Shown here: piece by piece, positions 51,221-62,449 of the stretch
Layout: the number at the start of each line of letters is the position of its first letter
Numbering within the stretch: position 1 is the stretch's first letter
Assembly: GCA_951406725.2 (NCBI GenBank)
Contig: OX597842.1
Coordinates: 15,624,001-15,688,000, forward strand
Source of the DNA: Octopus vulgaris
Taxonomy: Eukaryota
DNA: 64,000 nucleotides
Direction of reading: 5' to 3'
Made by a program: the position numbers and the translations under genes
The notes under the pieces: model-generated
Databases searched by the model: none
Seen by the model: the letters and a program-made list of their open reading frames with translations, nothing else
What the model was told of the DNA's origin: nothing

Positions 51221-51817
51221 ATATTTGATTTACACTGCGTTAAACTCCATTTATTTCTCTTGGTGTTGATGACGATGATGTTGAAGATGTTTCATGGTAA
51301 TGAAGAGAAAGTAGGAGAAGAGAAAGAAGGAGAAGAGGAAGAAGAAAAAGAAGAGGAAGAAGAAAAAGAAGAAGGGGAAGAAGAAGAAGAGGAAGGAAAA
51401 TAGGAAGAAAGAGAGGAAGTAGGAGGAGAAGAAGAAGAAGAGGAAGTAGAAGAGGAAGGATAAGAGGAAGAAAGAGAGGAGGTAGAATGAGAAGAAGAAG
51501 AAGAAGAAGAAGAAGTGGAGGAGGAGGAGGAGGAAGAAGAAGAAGAAGGGGAAGAAAGGGGAAGAACAGCAACAACAAAAGAAGAGGAAGGAGAAAAAGA
51601 ATGGGAAGAAGAGGAAGTGGAAGCAGACGAAGTAGAAGAAGAAGAATGAGAGGAAGTAGAAGGAGAAGAAGAAGAGGAAGAAAAAGAAAAAGAAGAGGGA
51701 GAAGAGGAAGAAGAAGATAACAAAAGAATGTGTTTAAAAATTAGAGAATGAATTATGTAGTTCTAAATATACTTGCATTAGGGAAAGTCTGGAATGTCAA
51801 TCAGTTTTGATCTAGAG

Positions 51818-54440
51818 CAGTGTCCCTTAACCTTTATACTACCAGGAATTAGTCCTTCTTTCCACGAACCCCCTGCATCTATGATTAAAAGTCCCTCCCA
51901 GATTTTAAATAAAATATAAACTATGTTTTTAGTGATTTTCTTTAATACGATTAGTATTAGTATTCTTGAATGCTTGGTTGAATACCAGGGAATTCACAAC
52001 GAAAGTTTCTTTCGACGTTCAGCCTGTTTCTGTACTTGGCCTTGACTGCAACGAGCCTGGAAAATGCAGCCTCACATAGCCTCGTGGATCTACACATAGC
52101 TAAAATCCTAAGAATCTGATGTGAGATTAGAGGCTAAGTAAGAAGGTACTTGATCTATAACGTTTTAAGATCCCCCTTAGCTCAGGGGTTGAACTTCAGC
52201 TCAAGAAAGTGCTCTTGCACTTCATGCAAATCATCAGTCAATTCACACTGAAATAAGTTCCTGGTGAATATCCAAGCTTCACCCTTTTCATCTACATCTG
52301 AGAAGCATTTGATGAATTCAATTTTCAAGTTAGATGAGTGATTATTTGTTTCTTTAACTCAGAATCAAAGTTACCCTGGATGAGAGCAAAATCCAAGTAA
52401 CTAAAACTGGCTGTATTTCCTCGCTGAATTCGATATTTTCAGAGATCGAGTTTCATCATGAAGGTTCCAATGATGTCATGGTGCGTGAGAATGTTGAAGT
52501 TTTACCGTTGTAGTTTAAAGTCGGGAGCATTCTCTAGCATACCTGCCCGCCAGGTATGCTAGAGATAGCTGAAAGCCTTCAGACTAGAAATTGTCATGGA
52601 GATCTGCCTTCGGTTGCAAATCTAGAAGTATCACTACTTCTCGTCGTTCATTAAGCTGTCCAAGCATGTTCCCTTTTTGATCGCCATCGCACATGCGTGT
52701 GAAAAAGCGATGCTTCCTTTCAGAATCCATATCTTTACACAGCAGTTTAAAAAGACGACTGTTTAGGCTCCACCTTTAACAAAGTTGACAACCTTGATAG
52801 CCACGTTCAGGAGTTTTCTAATTTCAGTAGGGAAGGTTTTGGATTGTAAGGCTTCACGATGAAGTATGCAGTGTGTACTACAACAGATGAAGTTTTTTCC
52901 TTCACTCTAGCAATGAAACCAGACTGCAGACCAAGCATGACCAGAGCTCCATCAGTACACACTTTTACCTGGTCGAGAATTTGATCTTTGATGTTTTCAG
53001 ACAAGTCGTCTATCCTTCACTTGACTGTATCATTTGATAGTGAAATCGGGGAAAGCTTATATGCACTATCTTTCCCCTGAACGAGTTCTGCTGCAGGTAG
53101 TAGACTTGATTTTAGGAGAGACTCTCCGATATTATGGCTCTTCTTGCTCTTTGCAATCAACATGGCGATCTCATAGGAAGTCTCGACAATTATTGAAATT
53201 TGTTGCCCAAATACCCCACTAATGTCAAACAAAGCTTGCTTCAAGAAACTTCTTTTTGTTTCAGAGAATGTCTTGAGCTTGTCTGCAAGAGCAGGATGTG
53301 TTGTCCTCATGTGGCATTCCAAGCGTGAGGGCCGCATTCCATCATTGATCAAAGGTTTGTAACATACCACACACTGGGGCACTTCTGTGTCACCCGTTTG
53401 GAGGGACACGAATCCAAATCGAAATATATTCGTCAAGATACTTCGATTACTCTGCACTCATTGCGAATTATTTCATGTGCATGGGACAACAGAAATATGT
53501 GAACAAAAAGTAAGACACGCGTAAGGTTATCTCAAGGACCAAGATGGAACATTTTGAGTAAAAAGTTCCGAAATTTTATTATAATGTTTGGAGTAAAAGA
53601 ACAGTTATACGAAACATTTGTACAATAAAATGTTGTAGTTTTTGTACGAAAATATAAAAAAAATGTTTCTTGAGAAAAGAAAACATTTTGCATAGGTTTT
53701 AGTTTTACCTAGTACTTTCTGTAATATTTAAGTTTGATTTTAGTTTAACATTTGGCTTTATATTATAATTATTTTCTTACCAACGTGTTTACTATATCTT
53801 TCACATAAGCATTTAATAATAAAAATTTTGGTTTTATTGCCAATATTTTTTTCTAATGTGTGTTTTAATTGTTTTGAGACTTTATTACATTGAGAAATAG
53901 TAGAATCTATTATTTTTGTTTTATTTCCTATTTTTGAATATATAATACTTTTGATCTTCCTAATATTTTAAAATAGTTTTCAGTTTTTTAAATTAAGTCA
54001 ATATTTCTTAGTATGTTACTATAATGATTTGATAATGTTTCAGCATGTCTCTTGATATTAAGAATCACATTATTTCATATATATGAAAACTGTGGATCAA
54101 ACTTCTTTATAATCTATTAACTGGAAAAGATGTTAATAGTATATATGCCTTGTAGCAGGGGTTCTTAACCTGAGTCTACTTGTAACAAAACAAAAAATAA
54201 AAGGCAAATGTTAAAATGTAAAAATATAGGCAAATGTTAAAGCTACAATTCAGAAATAAGTGAGCGTTTTGAAGGATATGAAGAGGGGTCAACAATTACT
54301 GAAATGGTGAGTGGCACTAAGATAGTAGAATAAGAAAACTAAGTGTATTAGGCGATAATTTTTCATTTTTTCCATAAACTTTTCATTATTTGACCATGTT
54401 CTCGGCCCCAGGGGTCGCGCTCCTAGGTTAAGAACCACTG
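51818..54440 (-). mobile_element. Buster/Charlie-type hAT DNA transposon, decayed
   Basis: TIRs cagtgtcccttaacct and aggttaagaaccactg; left 8-bp TSD atctagag, right degenerate (ttcccgag here, atctcatg in duplicated copies); empty site 'atctaaag gtaaac' at ~60266; extra TIR-like end at 54156. Confidence 0.85.
52000..53457 (-). pseudogene. hAT transposase pseudogene (ZBED5/FAM200-like family)
   Basis: BED finger FGFV...PQCVVCYKPLINDGMRPSRLECHMRTTH; AKSKKSHNIGESL; ISLSNDTV; VCTDGALVMLG..SGFIARVKEK; many frameshifts. Confidence 0.88.
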
Positions 54441-54818
54441 TTCCCGAGGTAAACAACGTACATGATATAGACACTGAATTACACACTAATTTTTATACAC
54501 TCCCATTCACTCATCCATACACTGAGACAGGTATTTATATATAAACACAGGTATGCATTAACTATGCCTCCTCAAGTGTCACACTGATATATATATATAC
54601 CAACTGTCAGAAATGCTACCACACTCACAGTAACAATCATTCGCATATATCTCCTATCTTAAAAGTGGATCCAGACTCACATTCACAAACATCCAAAAAC
54701 AATAAAATGCATGTATAGAGAGACGGATGTACACCTTAAATTGAAGTATGGAAAGACATTACGGATTTAGGAAGATATCTTCAGTGAAATAGTATAAAAG
54801 AAGATTGATTCAACTTAC

Positions 54819-54890
54819 AGAATCCTTAAACTGGAGAGATTTTGGAAAGTTTTTTCGTTGATTGCTTGGATATCGTTATCACCCAAATAT
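54819..54890 (-). CDS. 72-nt single-LRR exon: (L)YLGDNDIQAINEKTFQNLSSLRI(L)
   Basis: attctccAG|A TAT TTG GGT...AGG ATT CT|GTAAGTT; visible as the C-terminus of ORF 54815..55228. Confidence 0.9.
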
Positions 54891-55639
54891 CTGGAGAATA
54901 AAATTGTGTTAAGAACATTTATGGTAAGAAAAAGAAAAAGATGATGAAGAAGAAGAAGAAATAGAAAATGAAGAAGGAAAGAGGAAAAGAAGAAGGAGAA
55001 AAAATGAAGAAGAAGAAAAAATGAAGAAGAAGAAGAAGAAGAAGGGGGAGGAGGAAAAGGGGGAGGGAGAAGAAGTAGAAGAAGAAAAAGAAGAGAATGA
55101 AGGAGAAGAGGAGCAGCAAGTAGGAGATACTTCCAGAGAAGGAAACAAACACTGGTTGAGCGAAGTCCCGAAATGGAAAAAATGCATGAAGGACACCATC
55201 CAAGCACCTCCCCACAACACATACACACAACTATCTACTATAACACCAACATTACCAACACCACCAATACCGCTGCCAGCACCACCCGCCATACAAATAT
55301 CCCCTTCGAAATCACCTTCGTAAATTTCCCTGCAATCCACATATTGAAGCCCTCATGAAATACATACGAAAAACTACCAACATCACACCAAAAGATCACA
55401 GCACCTAACGCTTCACCTCAAATACAAATACTCAGCATAACTAACAACGCCTTAATTTCTTGAAAAAAACCCTACCCCTTTGCGCTGGGAAATTTCCAAA
55501 GAACAATAACCAAAATTTTATACAAAACCTGATCGTGGAAACTCCTACAACCACCAAGAAGGGTGAGAGAAACCATTCACCCTCGCCGTAGCCCAAACAG
55601 TAAGTTGTGCATCATTTTGTTTTCCCATTTCTCTCATCA

Positions 55640-56172
55640 TTGTTTTGCTCAAGCAAGGCAGTTTAAACGTGCGTGGACAGGGATCATTTTTCAAGTAAGG
55701 ACGCTTTCTAAACGACCTCAGTTCACTGGATTTGGACGGTGTAGTCATTAGTGAAGCCAGACTGACCGGACCACAAGTTTTCTTGCCCCTCTATGGAGGA
55801 AATGAGATGTAACGTTTCAGTGGCACTCGAGACAAGGCGATGAAACTGCAATTTGGTTCCAGAAAGGTCTAGATCTAGAGATCAGTGCAGTCTTTGCGGA
55901 CCCAGACGGCAATCTCGTCGTCCTTTATGTGAATGGTACTGATGGTGATGCTTTCAGACTGGTCGCTGTCTATGCACCAACAAATGTTGGACATTAAGAT
56001 TATTTCAGGCGTCCGGAAGCTTTTTTGGGAATGTTGCGTAGTTTAGTATTAGTAGGCGATTTCACAGAATCCTAAGATGCACGAATGGATTATGTGTGGT
56101 CAAATGATAGAAGTGGAAACAAATGCCTCACAAACCTGCTCAGACGTTTCCAGCTGTCTGACAGGTATCGCG
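55640..56172 (+). pseudogene. Tx1 endonuclease remnant (copies at ~57435-57950 and ~63290-63812)
   Basis: GSLNVRG...RFLNDL..LDLDGVVISEARL; KGLDLEISVVFADPDGNLIVL...DGDAFRLVAVYAPT. Confidence 0.85.
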
Positions 56173-56614
56173 CCCTCTTCAGAGTTACTGACGCACCCCC
56201 TGCCCCAGGGGATGCGCTCCTAGGTTAAGAACCACTGATCTCATGGTAAACAACGTACATGATATAGACACTGAATTACACACTAATTTTTATACACTCC
56301 CATTCACTCATCCATACACCGAGACAGGTATTTATATATAAACACAGGTATGCATTAACTATGCCTCCTCAAGTGTCACACTGATATATATATATACCAA
56401 CTGTCAGAAATGCTACCACACTCACAGTAACAATCATTCGCATATATCTCCTATCTTAAAAGTGGACCCAGACTCACATTCACAAACATCCAAAAACAAT
56501 AAAATGCATGTATAGAGAGACGGATGTAGACCTTAAATTGAAGAATGGAAAGACATTACGATTTAGGAAGATATCTTCAGTGAAATAGTATAAAAGAAGA
56601 TTGATTCAACTTAC

Positions 56615-56686
56615 AGAGTCTTTAAACTGGAGAGATTTTGGAAAGTGTTTTCGTTGATTGCTTGGATATCGTTATCACCCAAATAC
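56615..56686 (-). CDS. 72-nt single-LRR exon: (L)YLGDNDIQAINENTFQNLSSLKT(L)
   Basis: attctccAG|G TAT TTG GGT...AAG ACT CT|GTAAGTT; visible as the C-terminus of ORF 56611..57015. Confidence 0.9.
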
Positions 56687-58236
56687 CTGGAGAATAACAT
56701 TGTTTTAAGAACATTTATGGTAAGAAAAAGAAAAAAGATGATGAAGAAGAAGAAGAAATAGAAAATGAAGAAGGAAAGATGAAAAGAAGGAGAAGAAAAA
56801 GAAGAAGAAGAAAAAGAAGAAGAAGAAAGGGGGAGGAGGAAAAGGGGGAGGGAGAAGAAGAAGAAGAAGAAAAAGAAGAGAATGAAGTAGAAGAGGAGCA
56901 ACAAGTAGGAGATACTTCTAGAGAAGGAAACAAACACTAGTTGAGCGAAGTCCCTAAACGGAAAAAATGCATGAAGGACACCATCCAAGCACCTCCCCAC
57001 AACACATACACACAACTATCTTCTATAACACCAACATTACCAACACCACCAATACCGCTGCCCGCACCACCCGCCATACAAATATCCCCTTCGAAATCAC
57101 CTTCGTAAATTTCCCTGCAATCCACATATTGAAGCCCTCATGAAATACATACATAAAACTACCAACATCACACCAAAAGATCACAGCACCTAACGCTTCA
57201 CCTCAAATACAAATACTCAGCATAACTAACAACGCCTTAATTTCTTGAAAAAAACCCTACCCCTTTGCGCTGGGAAATTTCCAAAGAACAATAACCAAAG
57301 GTTTATACAAAACCTGATCGTGGAAACTCCTACAACCACCGGGAAGGGTGAGAGAAACCATTCCCCCTCGCCGCATCCCAAAAATTAAGTTGTGCATCAT
57401 TTTGTTTTCCCATTTCTTTCATCATTGTTTTGCTCAAGCAAGGCAGTTTAAACGTGCGTGGACGGGGATCATTTTTCAAGTAAGGACGCTTTCTAAACGA
57501 CCTCAGTTCACTGGATTTGGACGGTGTAGTCATTAGTGAAGCCAGACTGACCGGACCACAAGTTTTCATGGAGGATATGAGATGTAACGTTTCAGTGGCA
57601 CTCGAGACAAGGCGATGAAACTGCAATTTGGTTGCAGAAAGGTCTAGATCTAGAGATCAGTGTAGTCTTTGCGGACCCAGACGGCAATCTCATCGTCCTT
57701 GGTGTGAATGTTACTGATGGTGATGCTTTCAGACTGGTCGCTGTCTATGCACCAACAAATGCTGAACATTCAGATTATTTCAGGCGTCCGGAAGTTTTTT
57801 TTGGGAATGTTGCGTAGTTTAGTATTAGTAGGCGATTTCACAGAATCCTAAGATGCACGAATGGATTGTGAGGGGTCAAATGATAGAAGTGGAAACAAAT
57901 GCCTCACAAACCTGCTCAGACGTTTCCAGCTGTCTGACAAGTATCGCGCCCTCTTCAGAGTTACTGACGCACACCCTGCCCCAGGGGACGCGCTCCTAGG
58001 TTAAGAACCACTGATCTCATGGTAAACAACGTACATGATATAGACACTGAATTACACACTAATTTTTATACACTCCCATTCACTCATCCATACACCGAGA
58101 CAGGTATTTATATATAAACACAGGTATGCATTAAATATGCCTCCTCAAGTGTCACACTGATATATATATATACCAACTGTCAGAAATGCTACCACACTCA
58201 CAGTCACAATCATTCGCAAACATCCCTTTAGAGAGA

Positions 58237-58267
<31 letters not shown>

Positions 58268-59017
58268 GGGGGATACTTTAGATATAGAGGGCTGAGGAAG
58301 CTTAAGAGGATGGATGAGAATATATTAAATATTTAGAAACCTATCGGCAATGAAATCCTGTGAACAAGACTTATAGATTTGCTTACACTGTTAATGAATG
58401 ATGTTGATGATGATGAGGATGATATCGAAATTGATGTTGTTGATGATCGATACAGATAACAATGACGACACTAAAGTGATCAGGACGATAACAAAAAAAT
58501 CGCTAATAATAATGGCGGCGAGGAGGAAGTGAATTAATAGAAGAAGAAGAAGATGGAGCAGAGGAAGAAGAGGAAAAAGAAGGAGGAGGATGAGAACGAT
58601 GACAACAACAACAACAAGTTAAGACTATGTTGAAGCATCAGTGTATGAATAAAATAGTTCTAAATATACAAGCACAAAGAATATTCAAAGATGTTATTTA
58701 ACGTCAACCTAGATGTATTCATCGTACATAATATACACACCGTATTACAAACACACGTGTTAATACGCTGCCATACACTCATTCATACACAGACATTACA
58801 TATGCATGCACTAAATATTTCTCCTCAAGTATCACACTCGCATATATCTCAAATCTCAGAAATGGGCCCACACTCACATACACACAGATTGAGAAGCAAT
58901 AAAATACATCTTTAGAAAGACGGATGTCGGAGCCCTAAATGGAAGGATGGGAAAATATTACAGATTTACAAGTATATCATCAAGGAAATACTATAAAAGG
59001 AAACAGATTCAACTTAC

Positions 59018-59089
59018 AGTTCTGTTAAACTGGACAGATTTTGGAATGTTCCTACTTTTATTTCTTGGATATTATTATCCCTCAAATTC
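59018..59089 (-). CDS. 72-nt single-LRR exon: (L)NLRDNNIQEIKVGTFQNLSSLTE(L)
   Basis: ttttatgttccAG|G AAT TTG AGG GAT AAT AAT ATC...TTA ACA GAA CT|GTAAGTT; 72 nt, phase 2-2, LRR consensus. Confidence 0.9.
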
Positions 59090-60568
59090 CTGGAACATAA
59101 AATTGAGAAGAAAAGAAATTTACGTAACCGATTTGACAGAATGTTAAAGAGAATGGCAAATCAATTCGATGATAGAAGAGATGGAAATCAGATTGCGAAC
59201 GTGAGGAGCTGGTAATGATGGTGATGATAATGTTAGTGAGGTGGTATTGATATAAATAATAATGAGTCAGGGAAGAAAATTTGGTGGTAGTGATGATGAG
59301 AAAATTATGATGTTGATGATGGGGGTAACGGTGTTGATGTTAATTATTCTAATATTGATGGGGATTGCTATGTTTCTTCTTCTGATGAGGATGATGTCTG
59401 CGGTGGAGTTTCTCTTGGCGATGATGATGATGATGTTGAAATTTGTTAATAGTGGTGGCGATGAAGATGATAGTGTTGAAGATCCTCTGGATCTGATAGG
59501 AGTAATTTGCGAAAATAAATGATATTGATGATGATAAGGGCAATGATGAATTCGGCGATGGTTATTATTGAGGAGGGTGTGGAAGAGGAAGAAATAAAGA
59601 AGATGGTGGGCGGGGAAGTCAGAGATGAATATAAAGATGAAACAAAGGAGATGAAAATATTATGAGACTTCATAACAAGGATCTTATGATGCAGATGATG
59701 GGGAGATGATGTTCATTTTCATTCTTATGATAACGATGCGGATTCGCAGATTTTGTTGTGATGATGGATATGTCTAGAAGAAGAAGAAGAAGAAGAAGAA
59801 GAAGAAGAAGAAGAAGATGAAGAAGAAGATGAAGTGAAGAAGAAGAAAGAACAAGGAGAAGAAGATGAAGAAGGAGAAGAAGAAGAAGAAGAAGAAAGTA
59901 AGAAGAAAATGATGATGATGATAATGATGATGATGAAGAAGAAGAAGAAGAAGAAGGAGAAGAAGAAGAAAGAAGAAGAAGGAGAAGAAAAAGAAAGAAG
60001 AAGAGGAAGAAGGAGAAGAAGAAAGTAAGAAGAAGAGGAGGAAGAAGAAGAAGGAGAAGAAGAAGAAAGAAGAAGAAGAAGAAGAAGAAGAAGAAGAAGA
60101 AGAAGAAGAAGAAGAAGAAGAAGAAGAAGAAGAAGAAGAAAAGGAAGAAGAAGAACAACAACATCAAACGCAATAAGTAGGAGATGTGTTCAGAAAAGGG
60201 CGTATGAAACCTCTGGTGCTAAATACACAAACTGAAGTGTTATTCAAGGCAGTTACTCAGCATCGATCTAAAGGTAAACGCCGTACACATTATACACACA
60301 TGGTAATATAAATATTATACACACATGATAACAAACTCGTCCTTAGACAGAGACACGTAGTGGATTTGATGTTCCACTTAATTACCACGATCTCATATAT
60401 CTCCTATCTTAAAAGTGGACCCAGACTCACATTCACAAACATCAAAAAACAATAAAATGCATGTATAGAGAGACGGATGTAGACATTAATTTGAAGTATG
60501 GAAAGACATTACGGATTTAGGAAGATATCTTCAGTGAAAAACTATAAAAGAAGATTGATTCAACTTAC

Positions 60569-60640
60569 AGAGTTTTTAAACTGGAGAGATTTTGGAAAGT
60601 TTTTTCGTTGATTGCTTGGATATCGTTAAAACTCAAATCC
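60569..60640 (-). CDS. 72-nt single-LRR exon: (L)DLSFNDIQAINEKTFQNLSSLKT(L)
   Basis: AG/GTAAGT boundaries, 72 nt, open frame, LRR consensus. Confidence 0.9.
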
Positions 60641-61474
60641 CTGGAAAATAAAATTGTGTCAAGAAGAACATTTATGGTAAGAAAAAGAAAAAGATAATGA
60701 AGAAGAAGTAGATAATGATGATGATGATGATGAAGAAGAAGAAGAAAAAGAAAAAGAAGAAGGAGAAGAAGAAGAAGAAGGAGAAGAAGAAGAAGAAGTA
60801 GGAGAAGAAGAAGAAAGTAAGAAGAAAATGATGATGATGATAATGATGATGATGAAGAAGAAGAAGAAGGAGAAGAAGAAGAAAGAAGAAGAAGGAGAAG
60901 AAAAAGAAAGAAGAAGAGGAAGAAGGAGAAGAAGAAAGTAAGAAGAAGAGTAGGAAGAAGAAGAAGGAGAAGAAGAAGAAAGAAGAAGTAGAAAGAAGAA
61001 GAAGAAAGAAGAAGTAGAAGAAGAAGGAGAAGAAGAAGAAGAAAAGGAAGAAGAACAACAACAACAACATCAAACGCAATAAGTAGGAGATGTGTTCAGA
61101 AAAGGGCGTATGAAACCTCTGGTGCTAAATACACAAACTGAAGTGTTATTCAAGGCAGTTACTCAGCATCGATCTAAAGGTAAACGCCGTACACATTATA
61201 CACACGTGGTAATATAAATATTATACACACATGATAACAAAATCTTCCTTAGACAGAGACACGTAGTGGATTTGATGTTCCCCTTAATTACCACGATCTC
61301 ATATATCTCCTATCTTAAAAGTGGACCCAGACTCACATTCACAAACATCCAAAAACAATAAAATGCATGTATAGAGAGACGGATGTACACCTTAAATTGA
61401 AGTATGGAAAGACATTACGCATTTAGGAAGATATCTTCAGTGAAAAACTATAAAAGAAGATTGATTCAACTTAC

Positions 61475-61546
61475 AGAGTTTTTAAACTGGAGAGATTTTG
61501 GAAAGTTTTTTCGTTGATTGCTTGGATATCGTTAAAACTCAAATCC
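61475..61546 (-). CDS. 72-nt single-LRR exon: (L)DLSFNDIQAINEKTFQNLSSLKT(L)
   Basis: AG/GTAAGT boundaries, 72 nt, open frame, LRR consensus; same sequence as exon 60569-60640. Confidence 0.88.
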
Positions 61547-62377
61547 CTGGAAAATAAAATTGTGTCAAGAAGAACATTTATGGTAAGAAAAAGAAAAAGA
61601 TAATGAAGAAGAAGTAGATAATGATGATGATGATGATGAAGAAGAAGAAGAAAAAGAAAAAGAAGAAGGAGAAGAAGAAGAAGGAGAAGAAGAAGAAGAA
61701 GTAGGAGAAGAAGAAGAAAGTAAGAAGAAAATGATGATGATGATAATGATGATGATGAAGAAGAAGAAGAAGGAGAAGAAGAAAGAAGAAGAAGGAGAAG
61801 AAAAAGAAAGAAGAAGAGGAAGAAGGAGAAGAAGAAAGTAAGAAGAAGAGGAGGCAGAAGAAGAAGGAGAAGAAGAAGAAAGAAGAAGAAGAAAGAAGAA
61901 GAAGAAAGAAGAAGTAGAAGAAGAAGGAGAAGAAGAAGAAGAAAAGGAAGAAGAAGAACAACAACAACAACATCAAACGCAATAAGTAGGAGATGTGTTC
62001 AGAAAAGGGCGTATGAAACCTCTGGTGCTAAATACACAAACTGAAGTGTTATTCAAGGCAGTTACTCAGCATCGATCTAAAGGTAAACGCCGTACACATT
62101 ATACACACATGGTAATATAAATATTATACACACATGATAACAAAATCTTCCTTAGACAGAGACACGTAGTGGATTTGATGTTCCCCTTAATTACCACGAT
62201 CTCATATATCTCCTATCTTAAAAGTGGACCCAGACTCACATTCACAAACATCCAAAAACAATAAAATGCATGTATAGAGAGACGGATGTACACCTTAAAT
62301 TGAAGTATGGAAAGACATTACGGATTTAGGAAGATATCTTCAGTGAAATAGTATAAAAGAAGATTGATTCAACTTAC

Positions 62378-62449
62378 AGAGTTGTTAAACTGGAGAGATT
62401 TTGGAAAGTTTTTTCGTTGATTGCTTGGATATCGTTAAAACTCAAATCC
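62378..62449 (-). CDS. 72-nt single-LRR exon (most 5' exon in window): (L)DLSFNDIQAINEKTFQNLSSLTT(L)
   Basis: Minus strand ttttccAG|G GAT TTG AGT TTT AAC...TTA ACA ACT CT|GTAAGTT; exactly 72 nt, phase 2 at both ends, no stop; fits LxLxxNxIxxIxxxxFxxLxxLxxL. Confidence 0.9.

Larger units (their letters stand above)
49355..51256 (-). mobile_element. 5'-truncated Penelope-like element with inverted pLTRs (49355-49704 and 50912-51256)
   Basis: RKPLTNLKYISKFSNHPRAITKNLVKNISFRLSKLS (PLE RT C-terminus); FYIGST and FCLLCNSE (GIY-YIG remnants); ~350-bp inverted repeats at both ends. Confidence 0.82.
54407..58220. repeat. Tandem ~1.8-kb cassettes (two full plus one partial), each = hAT end + intron + LRR exon + GAA tract + Tx1 remnant
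   Basis: Exon-to-exon period 1796 bp (54819 to 56615); a further copy spans ~62200-64000. Confidence 0.93.

Noticed and set aside
53017-53457. Domesticated ZBED-type host gene
   Set aside because: Frameshifted and bounded by TIRs and a TSD; a dead transposon.
58320-58460. Tenth LRR exon after a donor-flank-like motif (ctatcggcaatga...gcttac)
   Set aside because: No acceptor 72 nt away and no LRR reading frame; at most a relic of a lost exon.
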